A DNA stretch of 64,000 nt from Klebsormidium nitens (Eukaryota > Plantae > Klebsormidiophyceae): the NCBI GenBank assembly GCA_000708835.1, contig DF237155.1:79496-143495 (forward strand), written 5' to 3'. Shown here piece by piece: positions 12,518-24,249 of this stretch; positions within the stretch are counted from its first letter, which is position 1, and the number at the start of each line of letters is the position of its first letter. The notes under the pieces are model-generated. The model ran no database searches. It saw only the letters and a list, made by a program, of their open reading frames with translations, and was not told the origin of the DNA. Position numbers and translations under genes: made by a program.

Positions 12518-13307
12518 CGGGCAAACAACACTTTTCCGTTATTTTTCCGCGCATTGTTTGATCCGATTGATGCAGTCACCACCTTTTCGCATATTCAAAG
12601 TACAACTCTTGTCTCTGGCAAGCAAGAGCTGGGTTGGTAATTCTGAACAATGCCGCCTGCTGTTCAGGGGCCGTGTGCGCATGTTATTACCGCGCACACT
12701 GTGAGCAAGTCTGACGGTTTGCAATTGCTGCTGTCCTGTATTTGAGGTGTTTGTTAGTAGTCAAGCGGTGAATTATCCTTCTTGCATGCTGCTATCCCCC
12801 CTTGCAAATGGCAGGTTGAGTTGAAAACCTGAGATTTGTTGAATCGCGCATGCCATCTGCTGCAATTCCAGGCGACTGGTGCGAGCGGGTCCATAGCTGC
12901 CTATGCTGAAAGTACTCTTGGGTGGCCTCAAAGTGGGCGTAGGCCATGCATGGACACCCCAAGGCCATTTTCGGTGATGGGGGCCCAAACTGGCCGAAGT
13001 TGCAATCTGGTCCGTTGAAAAAAGACCCGGATGCACGGAGTGTGCATTTCCGGAGCTTTGAAATCGGACGCCCACTTGCAGTCGGCGGTGCAACATATCC
13101 ATGGGCCAAAGCCTGCGCTGATGCTCATGATGCTATCTGCCACCGGCCTGCAGCATGATGCCGCCTTCAAGGCCAATCGATAATCTGTGTACGTACTTCA
13201 GCTACAGTAGTAGCGTTGACACCCACACACCCACCCACGCCCTAGCTAGCGCAACGTTATCCGTTTGCCCTGCAGCTACAGCCATTCGCCTGGCCATGGG
13301 CGCTGTG

Positions 13308-13562
13308 CACGTGACCGCAAATTCTATACAAAGAAGGAAGAAATTCCACGAGGCACAAGTATCTACTGCTGCAGGGCGCGTCCGACGCCTAGTTGACCTT
13401 TTAAAGAGGATGCAATTACCGTTGTAGGTAGGCTGCAAGTTGCAATTACATTAAGAGCGGCACCAGCTGGGCTGCGTATCCTGAGAAGACCTCATCGATT
13501 GGCTCCGTAGTTCACGTGTTTCAACGCACCAATCACAAGCTGTCGCACTCAGTGACACGTGG
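13308..13562 (+). promoter_or_regulatory. Cluster of three G-boxes, one a canonical ABRE, upstream of the dehydrin-like gene
   Basis: CACGTG at 13308-13313, 13513-13518 and 13556-13561 (GACACGTGG). Function is inferred. Confidence 0.45.
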
Positions 13563-14016
13563 ACCACGAGGGGCGCATTCACTATACCCATGTCATATGC
13601 CGGCGCCGACTGCCACCTGCATGCAGCTCCTTGGACACTTGGCACAGCCTCAGGCAGCTGCTCTCGGGCCGCGGCGCAATGGGGGCCACTTTTCTGACCT
13701 CAGCGGCACTCCGCACCCTGAACAAGCTGCCCTGGAGGGTGATCGTCCTGCATTTCCAAATTCCAGCTGGAACATCCGCAATGCTGAAGACAGCAAGTAC
13801 GACCTTAAACTTACAAGCTGGAGATAAACGTTTGCTGAAAGGGTCAACGAAGCAAGCCAGCTGCTCGCAGGTCATCAACAAGCTTCTATCGTGGAGCTGC
13901 GTCTTGATCCGATTGACAGGGACCCCGCTAGTGTGCTACTCTCTACGCCGACGCGACAGCTTTTGCAATATTGCAAAGAGCCGCCTGCAACACCATTTTG
14001 GCTGACGTGTTTAAAG

Positions 14017-15036
14017 ATGGACAAGATCAAGCAGGTCATTGGAAAGAAGCCTCATGGGTCCGACCCAACTGGTAAGGCAACACTGTACTTACGCTGTTCA
14101 CTGCCATTATCTGCTTGGGGAATCACAATACGTGTCTTGTGTTGTCTACTAACCCTGTGCTTTCAGGAGTGTACCCTGGAGTCAAAGATTCTGACCAAGT
14201 ATCTTTCGGGCCTGAAGTAAAAGAACATAGGCCCTAACGATTTGGAATGCAGTCTGAGTCCGTCGAGAAATGATTAAAGCAAGGAATGTAACGCCTTTAG
14301 GAGGGACTGATGTCTACAGTAGTAAAGGGAAATTTTAGCATCGCTTCCTTCTATTGATGCAGATCGGACTATCTTGAAAAGCAACTCTGAAGCTATTCAA
14401 AAGATGCAGTCCACAAAGCACTTTCAAGATGCGCGCATTTCCATTATTTGGTCGTGGTTGCTTTCTTAAAGCAGATTGGTCCCGAGGTGGCTTCCTTCTT
14501 GTCTCTTTCATACTGATACATGTTGCTTCTTAAGTCAGTTCCTTGCTTTGCAAATGGAGATGTTATTTCCGTCTCCTGAATCCATTCCTCCGACGTCGAG
14601 TCTCTGAGCGTCGTTGATACGCTCACCTGACTATTTCCCCCCGCTCTCATCAGTTGCTGAGGGAACCCCCCAGGACAACCCATACACTGACGTGAACAAC
14701 GACGGCAGCGGCGGCGGCGGCCTCATCTCCAAGATGAAGCACGCTGTGAAGGGGCACCAACATGGCACACCGGAGTCTCAGGTCAATAACGAGATGGCCA
14801 CCGGGGGTGCGGCCACAGCAAACACCGGCGGGTTTGGGCTGCAGGACAAGGGGGTTAAGGAGGGGTCGATGGGGGAGGGAATGGGTTACATGGGGGGAAT
14901 GGGTCAAGGGGGAACTCCTGGGGCAATGGGGGAGGGTATGGGGCAGCCGCATAGCGGTATGGCGACTGGGCTGGAGCAGGGGTCAATGGGTGCGGGGGCG
15001 GGAAGACAGGGGGGGATGGGGACCGACTCGTACTGA
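14017..15036 (+). CDS. Small Gly/Met-rich hydrophilic protein, dehydrin/LEA-like (~145 aa)
   Basis: Exon 14017-14071 (MDKIKQVIGKKPHGSDPT, G|GTAAGG) joins in phase to 14654-15036. No Cys or Trp. Two K-segment-like motifs: MDKIKQVIG and GLISKMKHAVKG. An extra internal exon near 14167 cannot be excluded. Confidence 0.65.
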
Positions 15037-16366
15037 TTATGTGGCTGATGACCAGTCTAGTGCCAGCGTCAAATTTTGGGCACTTTTGCAAGTAGCACAG
15101 AGCATGGACGTTTACCAGATGCCAGTGTCAAAGTCTGATGGGCGTTTTTTTGAGTTAGCACAGATGGTGGACGTTGACATTTGCCTCAAAATTTTTTAAA
15201 GTATCAAGTTCAGTAGCAGCTAAAGACGCCAGCGTGTGCCTGCAGCTGACTCAATCTCGGGGTGAGCCGAAGTGGCTACTAGACCTTGTTAGATTGGGAG
15301 GACAGATGTTCATTGCTGCCATCAGATGTCGGCTAAGTCTGTTTATAATAATATGAGCAGTAAACGCAGTTTCTCCATTCCGCATCAGCCTACTGTGGTT
15401 ACTTGTGATATGTATCACAGCAGATTGAATCGATTCATGAGATTGTCTATGATCACATACAGAGAGAGTTGACTATAATGCTTTCCGTCAGTTCTGAGGA
15501 GCTGACGGGAGTCGTTCTATGTTACGTGCCACGTCATCTGGTAATGGCCGAACCGCTACTCTCATTTTGCAAAGGCTTCATGTTGAAACATACATCTGTT
15601 TAAGTAACTTGGTAGGTGCATCACAACGACTCAACACAGGTTGGCTTCATGTCATCCATGCGTCGATCCGTAAACGTCCGAACATCGTTAATTACTGGCA
15701 ACTGGACGAGGTGTATAAATTGATGGATACTTCAACAGTACAAACGGCAAAGAACGAGAAGACTTCGCATCGGTAGATTCGCTATTTGCGACAAGATCAG
15801 TGTGCAAACACATGTGGGATACACGGAGACGCGGCCCCACAGGTTGGTGTATGGGATAAGAATTCCCACTCCAGTACGTTACAGTCGGCGGCGCCCTTAA
15901 AGTCCCGCTTTGTCAAAGTTAAAACACCTCGTCGTGAGACGACCGTCACGGTAAAAGACGGAACAGGTGCAGCAGAAGCGTGGCCGACCTACACACGACG
16001 GCACCTCTTGTTAAGTGCAGACGGTCAATAATTGTGCGAAGACACGCTGGCAATAGAGCGGTTTGGCGAACTCATTGCTTAGATCGAAGGCTGTCATCCT
16101 GAAAAGGAAATATCTATGTCACGAGATCTCTAACGGAAGCACTCACGTCATTTCTAGCATAGCTACACCGTGCAAGGAGGCAGCGCTTTAAAAGATGGCA
16201 ACCGCGTTCCCTGGCCCTGAAAGATTTCTAAGAAGCCTTTTAACGAACGCCATCTCCTACCGTACAGCCTATTTCTCCAAAGGCCTTACGTTTTCCAAGG
16301 GCCCAACCTATAACAATTTCGACAGTCTTTATGCCAGATACTGTCCTCTGATCGCTTCTCAGCAAA

Positions 16367-17389
16367 CTAGGTGATGGCTTCACCGTTCACGTCCTTCAGT
16401 TCCGGCCGACTCTCCGATTCTGTCTTCCGCTCCCTGTAAGCAAGGTACAGCGCGGTCGCGGCCGCAGGTCCCAACGCGGCGGCGCCAGCCAGCGTGCAAA
16501 GGGCCGCCAGCGGCCCGTCCTCAAGCAAAGCCAAGTATGCGAAGCACAGGAACAGCCCCATGGTATCCAAGAGTACGTACAGCACCACCGCATCCGAGGC
16601 GCTTTCTGCCGTCACCACGGCAACGAACTGAGCGCGGGCCGAAGGATTGCTGACGAGAACGAGGCAGCTGAAGATGCGCCAGAACACGCCCAACGTGGCA
16701 GCGACCAAGAAGCATAAGAGGACGACGTAGTTGAGATGGCGAGCTTCGTTCCCTTGTCCTTCTTTCGAAGCCGCTTCCGGATCGTGGGAACAGCAGAGGG
16801 CTTGCGCGAGAATGGGAACCATAAGCGGGAAGAGCGTCCCGGCTAGGAAAAGCGCCCAATGACTGTCTTCGGCGACCAGAAACGGGCCCAGCAAGCCGAC
16901 GAGAGCGGAGAGCACGGCCGTGACGGTCGCCGCGTCGTCGCGCGTTAGCCGCGCCGGCGCCCTCGCGGCCGCGCTGAAGCGGCCGCGCGCGCCATCTGGG
17001 AAGTGGGCCGGCAGCCAGAGCAGCGAGAACGAACCGGAGGCGCCCAGAAAGGGCGTCAGGCCGAGTGCCACAATCTGGCCCGTTGCGTGCGCGCGCATTG
17101 ATTCTCTGACAGTTGACAGGAGGTAGATGCTGACCAGGCAGAGAAAGTCCCCTAAGACGAGCAACCCAACTGAGCCGTTGAACAGGGCGCTGAAAATTGC
17201 ATTTTGTGCGCAGAAGCCCGCGCGCAGAAGTGTCTCCAGCCTGGGAAGACTAGTAAGTTTCCACTCAGAGGCGCCACAGCTCTCGAGCAGGACGCGCGAG
17301 AAGGTGATGAGAAGATGAAGGAAGAGCGACGCGCCCAAAATCGCAGGGGGCGTACACGCGAGCATCTGGCGGCGGGTCAGGGGAGCCAT
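16367..17389 (-). CDS. Intronless multi-pass membrane protein, paralogue 1 (340 aa)
   Basis: Uninterrupted ORF. Start MAPLTRRQML placed by alignment with the two paralogues. Many hydrophobic helices; C-terminus LEDG..LGPAAATALYLAYRE. Confidence 0.8.
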   Translation of the reverse strand: MAPLTRRQMLACTPPAILGASLFLHLLITFSRVLLESCGASEWKLTSLPRLETLLRAGFCAQNAIFSALFNGSVGLLVLGDFLCLVSIYLLSTVRESMRAHATGQIVALGLTPFLGASGSFSLLWLPAHFPDGARGRFSAAARAPARLTRDDAATVTAVLSALVGLLGPFLVAEDSHWALFLAGTLFPLMVPILAQALCCSHDPEAASKEGQGNEARHLNYVVLLCFLVAATLGVFWRIFSCLVLVSNPSARAQFVAVVTAESASDAVVLYVLLDTMGLFLCFAYLALLEDGPLAALCTLAGAAALGPAAATALYLAYRERKTESESRPELKDVNGEAIT

Positions 17390-17943
17390 TGCGGACAAAA
17401 TAACTGGTCTCTTCCGTTGATATGCTTTGCGATGGGAAAACAACACGCAACGCTCTGAGAGGCAGAGGCAGTCGAGTAGAGTGGATTCTCGCAGGACACT
17501 CTTTTGTGTGCGGTTTTTAGTAAGCAGTGTGGGTATGACGGAGGGATTGTCGGCGATGCATGATGCCCGATATCCTGAAGCCGAGATCATCGAGACAGCT
17601 AGATTGAAGGTACAGTGATTGGAAGTAAACTACCCTGTAGTGTCAACTACAGACTCATGATCAAGTTCGACGTTGTCGGCAGCTGTCACTTGGGGCCTAC
17701 ATGCTAGACACCTGGCACCTCGCCACAGACTCACGGGCTGTTGCCGAAGGAAGGTCGTGCTATACTACTTGGCACGTTTCAACCGGTTAGGCGCACTGTG
17801 GTGGTCAGCGGATGCCTCGACTCCACTCATGGACTGCGCTGAGGCTGCCATAGGGCACTAGTCAAAAGTCCGGCTAGCTTTGAAACACGTTCGGTCGGAC
17901 TATCACAAGGGCTGCTGACACATACTGCGACTCTCCGTTCGCC

Positions 17944-19170
17944 ATGGCGCCCCCGACCCGCCGCCAGCTGCCGGCTTGCGCGCCGCCAGTCTTTCTTGGT
18001 GCCGCCCTCATCTTGTTTCGCGCAGCCGTCTCTCTGCTCCTTTTCCGGGCGTGCGGCGGTTCCCTTGCTCCCGTCACGACTCCGAGTGACCTGCGCCGCC
18101 TGATTGGCGTCGTCGACTGCACCCAAGCGACGGTTTCCGCGACCCTTGCCGACAGTCCAGTCCCGCTGCTCGTCTTCCTGGAGGTTCTGTTTCTCGAGGG
18201 TGTGTACCTGCTGTGGAGCGCCCAAGAGGGGCTGAGAAGCCGGTCTTTCTTTCCTTTTGCGTCAGTTCTGCTGCTGCCACTTGTTGGCCCGTGTGGCGCT
18301 CTCGCTGCGTTTTCCTGCCTCACTATATCCTCAACGGCGGTCGTGTTCCGGTCCTGACGGCCGCAAGTAAGCGGGCGCTCACGCTTCCTGAGCTCACCAA
18401 TGGGGATGCATTTCTAGCCGCGGTTGTGCCCGTCGTGTTCGCGGTGTGTCTAGGCCCTCTTGTGCTCCCCAAAGAGAGTGTCTGGGCGCTTCTTGCTGCG
18501 GCGGCCCTGTTTCCGGTCATCATCACTCTCCTGTGGCGCCCTCTGCGCGTCTGCGGCGCGCGAAAGCCGCCCCCGCCAAACCCTCAAAAGATGCCCACGC
18601 TCGAGCGCTGCCTCCTTCTACAGATGACGGCACAGTTTAGGAATAGTAAGCCGTAGGAATAGTAAGCTCAAACCAAACACTAAAAACCTAACCTATAAAA
18701 ACTACCCGCTTCGCACCCCTACCCACCCTAACCCCCAAACTAACCCTACCCGTCCCAGGCTGGTGAGCTTACTATTCTTAAAGCTTACTATTCCTAAACT
18801 GTGTCGGGAGCTTCTACAGTTCGTGACGCTAGCTGCCGCAGGTCTCGCCTGGCGCGTCTTCGGTTACTTGGTCATCGCCAGCGATCCGACGGTCCGGAAC
18901 AGCTTCTTTGCTCTGCTTTCAAAGGGAGATTTCATTGCAATTACTCCTGATATGCTCGCGCACTACTTTCTGCTCGAAGCGCTCGGGCTGTCGCTGTCCT
19001 TCGCGTATTTTGCTTTGCTCGAAGACGGTGCGCGGGCGGCTCTCGGCGTCCTGGGCGGAGCGCTCGCGCTGGGACCCGCGCCGGCTGTGGCGCTGTATCT
19101 GGCTTCCCGAGAGCGCCGAATTCACGCTGCTGTGGAGAAGGAGCAAGGCGCAGCCGAAAGTGTACACTAG
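17944..19170 (+). pseudogene. Membrane-protein paralogue 2, disrupted by a 1-bp frameshift (~18311-18314) and a MITE (18624-18810)
   Basis: Three ORF pieces align end to end with paralogues 1 and 3. Adding one T to the GCGTTTTCCTG run restores the frame. Removing the MITE plus one TSD restores LLLQFVTLAAAGLAWRVF. Confidence 0.8.
18624..18810. mobile_element. 187-bp MITE, probably Mutator-like
   Basis: 9-bp direct repeat CTTCTACAG at 18615-18623 and 18811-18819. 40-bp inverted repeats 18631-18670 and 18764-18803 (37/40 match). A/C-rich core. Confidence 0.85.
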
Positions 19171-19779
19171 TGGAAACGAAATCGTCGGTAATCGTGTGGC
19201 CTCCTCGTAGGACTAACTTGAGCCTTCAGAAAAGGACAGCATAGAGCGGACGACTCTGGCTCGAACATCGTTTCAAGGGTCTCTTATAGTAGAGACACTC
19301 ACATCGAAGGAGAAGAATTCCCATTTGAGACATCACACTTTGTAAAGATATCTGTCTTTGCTGGATGACGTATTTGCGCTTCATAATGAGGAATCCGGTT
19401 TACAGAGTCGAATCGTGTGTACCCACTGTCTCTCAGTATAGGTGAAACGTTCAAAAGGTTGCAAGTTCGTTCGGCAGGTCAGAAGCGACACCGCTTCCTT
19501 GTACAGGACACGGACTCCTAGACCAATTTTTCATGATGAATCAGATTGAGAATTGATTGGCACGATGAAGCACCCGGATCCGCTTGAGTATAATAAAACT
19601 ATATCCGTTCCCAGCCCTCTGCTTTGAGCTTGTTTCTGTCCGTAATTTGTAACACGTCCAAGTATAGCACAAAATCCGCCTGTCGTGGCTGAAACTTTGT
19701 TAGGAAAGCATCGTTCTGAAAAACCTACAGCTGTACACGCTTTCTGAGCTGCTGGTAATATCAGGCAAGTGCCCGTGTA

Positions 19780-20700
19780 CACTTCATCGCGAAAGAGTCG
19801 GGGGCCCCTGCAATCACATCGCAGATGTTCAAGGAGTCTTCCTGAATCCTGTTCAAGACCCTCGCAACTGTCGGTTAGGGTACCAATATCTTGTTCGTCA
19901 ATTGCACCTCAATTGCACCCGTAATGCTTAGGCAGAACTTTGCCAGGTTTCGTACTCATATCTTGTTGAGACCTGCCATAGCCGTGTAATGCATGCCCTC
20001 CCTTTTATAATGGGAATTGAGCCCATGAACAACATTCTATGAGTTGCAGTTCCTGCTATGAGCAGACGGCGTCGTTGTTGCCGTCTTCGACTTACAAAAT
20101 ACATCTCGGATTGCGCACCTCTTGAAGACATGTGCCTGAGAGTTTTATCTTTACAGAATTAACGCGCCATGTTTTGCAATTGAGTAGATGCAAGGTACAG
20201 GATAAACGTGGATTTTGGCAAGCATAATCTCATGCAATCACTCATCAACTGGATTCCACGTAGTTGCGTGCCGGTTTGGCGCAGTACTGAGCTCAACCAA
20301 AATGGACTCGAGCTTCGCTCAGCAGTATAAGTTTGAATTTGCTTGCATGGACGCCTCCATTGTTCAGCTTACTCATGGGGAGGACTCTGATCAGATTGCA
20401 CTGTATCAGAATCTTATGTCAACTCGAAGACTCTTGAAAGCGCCCACACGCGCTTTTCCCTTCAACTTTTTTGCACGAAAGACAGCAAGTATGCTACGGA
20501 ATGTGCCATCAATGCTTTTGCGCACTGTCGCACAATCCACCAGTTTGACAATACCACTGCTGCGGAAGCGACTAACGTGTTCCAGGACACAGTGTCTCTG
20601 ACAACGCCAACATGATTCTTAGACATTATGGAGTCATAGGGCAAATCTTTGTAACAAAAACGGCATCAGAGTGACGCCAAATGCTGGACACGCCGCTGAA
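19780..20700 (-). mobile_element. Possible highly decayed hAT-like transposase remnant
   Basis: Stop- and frameshift-ridden translation has HCV..IDGTFRSILAVF..FQE, KLILLSEAR..AQ..RNY and VARVLNRIQEDSLNI in the order expected for hAT HC(x)H, TRW and LQ motifs. The key residues themselves are imperfect. Confidence 0.25.
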
Positions 20701-20811
20701 ACAAGGTTTCAACTCAATTGATATTCTCAACCTTACATTTGCATAGCTTTGACGCCTGTGCGTACACGTCACTGACATCAGGCAAGCCGCAGAAATAGTG
20801 CATTTCAGTGC

Positions 20812-20865
20812 AAGGCAGAGAAGCCCACATGCCACGTCAAGGCAGGGAAGCACACATGCCACGTC
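20812..20865 (+). repeat. Two tandem 27-bp units, each with an ABRE-like GCCACGT
   Basis: AAGGCAGAGAAGCCCACATGCCACGTC and AAGGCAGGGAAGCACACATGCCACGTC (25/27 identical). Confidence 0.8.
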
Positions 20866-21327
20866 TGGTCGCGTTTCACGGATTCTGGTCGAATGCATCT
20901 TTCAAATTCGGAGCTATATGTCGACCTATTTTTTCGTACAACAGACGAACCTCTTCCAAACGGACCAATCTACAGGTACATCGACGGAGAGACAATGCAA
21001 ATCTTTGATCACACCTTTTTGAAAAGAGAGTCGTCAAGTAAGCGACTATCCCGCTACTCATCGACACGGATTTGACACGTCACGAGTTAAAGTACGCTGC
21101 ACGGTCCCCGGTGACCTCCATCTAAAACCAATTGTACTCATCCCAGAAGCGGTTGTTCTTTTCTTACAGTGAACAACATTCTCAAACGATTCTCAAAAGA
21201 ACGTTGATCTCTACGGTACTGTTTTCACTAAAACTGCCCGCCCATCTCAAAGAACACGCCTATTTTATATCTCCGGCTCGCAAATCTCTTCGCACTACGA
21301 TAACCCGATTTGAATCCCTTCTAGACA

Positions 21328-22335
21328 CTATTCTGCTTTCGCAGCCACCTCGTGCTCCGTTTTCTCAAGCCCTCCGCCCTTCTTCTCTAATTTCGTCAGG
21401 TGAAGAGCCACAGCCGGCGCGGGTCCCAGAACGAACGCCCAAGCCACCACACAAAATGCTTCCAGTGGCCCGACCTCGAGCAGAGCACAGTACGCAAAGC
21501 CAAGCGTCAGCCCAGTAAGAACCAGCAAGTAGATTTGCGCGACCATCTCGGAAGGCCCGACCGAGGTGCCTTCCGCCATGGAGAGCACCGCGCGGAACTG
21601 CGCCCAGGCGGACGGATCGCTGGCGACGAGCGAGGACGCGAAGACGTGCCACGCCCAGCCCACAGAGACAGCGATGAGGAAGTCGGTCTCTCCTGTCCTG
21701 AACGCAATCTTCATGTCTTCATCTTTGTTTCCGCGAATGGCCATGTGAAGACGCCAGAAGACAGGGACTCCGATGACCGGGAGAAGCATTGCAGCCGGGA
21801 TGAGCGCCCAGAGACCTGCCCGGACGACCAAGAGCCGCATTCCGAGCGCTGCGATGATGAGAAAGTGGGTGGTCGTGGACAAGGACACGTCTGCTTTTGC
21901 TACTGTCAGCCCATTCCTCTGAGCGGAAGCAATGATGTTGCACGGGGGCCAGAAGCGGAGGAACGAGCTGCGCGCGCACAGAATGGGGGCCAGGAGCTGA
22001 GAGGCTTTAGTCGGAGCCCGCGCGCGGGGCCGCGACTCGTCGTTGCCTCTCGCCACGACCAGCAGAAAGCAGATGTGGAGAAGACAGAGGCACTCCCCGT
22101 AAAAAAGCAGCGCCACAGGGTTGTAGAACACGGCGCGCAGAGTTTCAGCTTGGATGCAGAAGCACGCGCGCGCCGCTTTCACGAGCAGCGCGAGCGGTCG
22201 GGTGAGGGGCCACGCCGTTCCCCCGCAGCTCTCCGTAAGGCGCAAGCCCACGGCCGTGAGGGACAGCAGAAAAGTCGCGCCGAGGGCGGCGGCGGCCGCG
22301 CATGCCAGCAGCTGGCGGCGGGTCGAAGGCGCCAT
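21328..22335 (-). CDS. Intronless multi-pass membrane protein, paralogue 3 (335 aa)
   Basis: Intact ORF MAPSTRRQLLAC..LLEVG..LGPAPAVALHL, colinear with paralogues 1 and 2. Confidence 0.8.
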   Translation of the reverse strand: MAPSTRRQLLACAAAAALGATFLLSLTAVGLRLTESCGGTAWPLTRPLALLVKAARACFCIQAETLRAVFYNPVALLFYGECLCLLHICFLLVVARGNDESRPRARAPTKASQLLAPILCARSSFLRFWPPCNIIASAQRNGLTVAKADVSLSTTTHFLIIAALGMRLLVVRAGLWALIPAAMLLPVIGVPVFWRLHMAIRGNKDEDMKIAFRTGETDFLIAVSVGWAWHVFASSLVASDPSAWAQFRAVLSMAEGTSVGPSEMVAQIYLLVLTGLTLGFAYCALLEVGPLEAFCVVAWAFVLGPAPAVALHLTKLEKKGGGLEKTEHEVAAKAE

Positions 22336-24249
22336 GGCGAGTCGAGGAACGTGTGTCGATCAGCGAGAGGGAAGAAGCGAGAGATTAAGACGCGAGACGT
22401 CTGCGGGTGGCGGCCTTAAGCTTCTGCGCGAGCTCTCCGTGATGTGAGTCGCCCGTTTTGATGGATTTTGCCTTGATCAAGAGCAAAGACTCGTAAGCTG
22501 AGACAGTCTCAGAATGAAGACGACGTTCGCACCTGTTACAAAGGCTGAAACTTGTGAAGGGGGAGACAGTGCATGCATTTGCCCCTCGTAAGATGCTAAC
22601 ACGTGGCTAACCGTCACCATAAGACGAATCTTGGTGGTCGAAATCTTCGACGACTTCCTTAGCCGCCCCACGCATGCTTGGGTCCCCACCCGTCATCTGA
22701 GATGCAAACACCTGAGAGGCATACAGTATTCTTACGAGTGTCTCAGTCGACAGGGCAGCTAGTCAAGACCCCAAATGATGGGAGTGATCTGACTGCAAAC
22801 CCGCCTGCTATCGAGCTGATTCAAAACTACCGGGCCATTTCACCCGCCATCTGGCAGTTAAAGTTGGCGCTTAAAAAGACTGGCGAGTCGCAAGCAGAAA
22901 CGATTTCTTATTAGTCAAATCATGGCACCCTAGTATTACACCTGCTTAGCTTGCAAGATGCCATGGCATGCCCGCCGCCTTTACTGTATTCTGCGGTCTC
23001 AACCGTGACTCCGTTCAGCTACACAAATTCGGCGGCCTATTGAAGAACGTACATGCGCTGCCGGTCTAGCTGCTGCAGCACCGTCATGCCGCACTGAAGC
23101 GCGTACTAGAGAATCAATCCTCGAGGATCGTTGAATGATCGCAGCCTGGGCGAATCACAAATATGTGTACAGCTACCAATAGCTAAAGAGTACACAACGG
23201 TACTCGAGGATTTAGCAACTGGCCCCTGGCATGGATCATGATGCATGTGCGCTGATATGCGCAGTACTGCCCTAACCGTTGAGTGCATGGTCGATTAATT
23301 AAGTATACGTATACAACCGAGTGATTTCAGCACACAGACTTCACTGTCGCTATTCTTGGGCAAACAAAAGCGGCGGGGCCGGCCGCGCCCTTAACACAGA
23401 TTAGACGATCACATGAATTACTCGATTGAAGCGTTCATGGGATTACTTGTACGTGTAAACATGAGCCTATCTGCACAAATAGTTCGTCCCCTTTCCCATC
23501 GGTCCATTTCGGAACTTAAAAGGAGAGTTTGATGTAGTACCTCGTTCACGCACCGCTGGCATAAGCTTTGCCGGACGGTCTTACTCTGTTCAAAGAAAAC
23601 TTATATCTGGTGCAACCTGATCTGTCAGCTTTCTCCTTGGGAACAACTTCTGTCCTATCAATCGGTTAGCGCCAGCTTTAATGAAAGCCTTGCAAGGGCA
23701 TCGCCGTGCAAGTATTTGCACTTGGCATAATCAAGCGACCGGAGTCTGTGCACTTTCGCACCAGGAAAAGCGCCAGCTTTTACACTAGCGGTAGTCTGTC
23801 ATAGACAAGCCTTGCGTGGATGGGGCCTTGATGGCTGTCCGGCGGCTCTGAGAAGCGTAACCCAGACCTTTGTTTGCACCACAAGCTGCCCTAAACCCTC
23901 AGTGCGCCTGCAATGAGCGTGCGAGAGGAGCACCATCACATTAGTTGCTTTCGAGACACACCCTTTTGCGTTCTGAAAGTCCTACGGTCGTCGATATCAA
24001 ATAGATGCACTCGCAGATTATTCTGGCCCCCTCTGCGGTTGCCTGTGCACCTCACTAACTTGGGCAACGGAAGCGAGAACGAGCATGAGTGGTCTTCTGC
24101 ATTGCGTGCTCGATCAAGCATTGTGTCTACGCAACAGAATCTGACTTTGTAGGGGCGAACGCGGACGCACAGCTCACCGGCTATTCGCAGGTTTGCCATT
24201 GCAGGCGGCGGCTTGGAAAGCGGTGCTGTTCAGGGCTGAACACGAGTAC

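Noticed and set aside
12700-13900. Several 60-150-aa ORFs between eIF3h and the dehydrin-like gene
   Set aside because: No phase-consistent exon chain or recognisable domain; more likely UTR and promoter.
21400-22419. 339-aa plus-strand ORF
   Set aside because: Antisense shadow of the GC-rich membrane-protein CDS; low-complexity Arg/Gly composition.
23196-23238. Resemblance to the U6 snRNA core (GATTTAGCAACTGGCCCCTGGCATGGAT vs GATTAGCATGGCCCCTGCGCAAGGAT)
   Set aside because: The invariant ACAGAGA box, the 5' stem and the 3' half are absent; a ~30-nt gapped match is compatible with chance or a tiny fragment.
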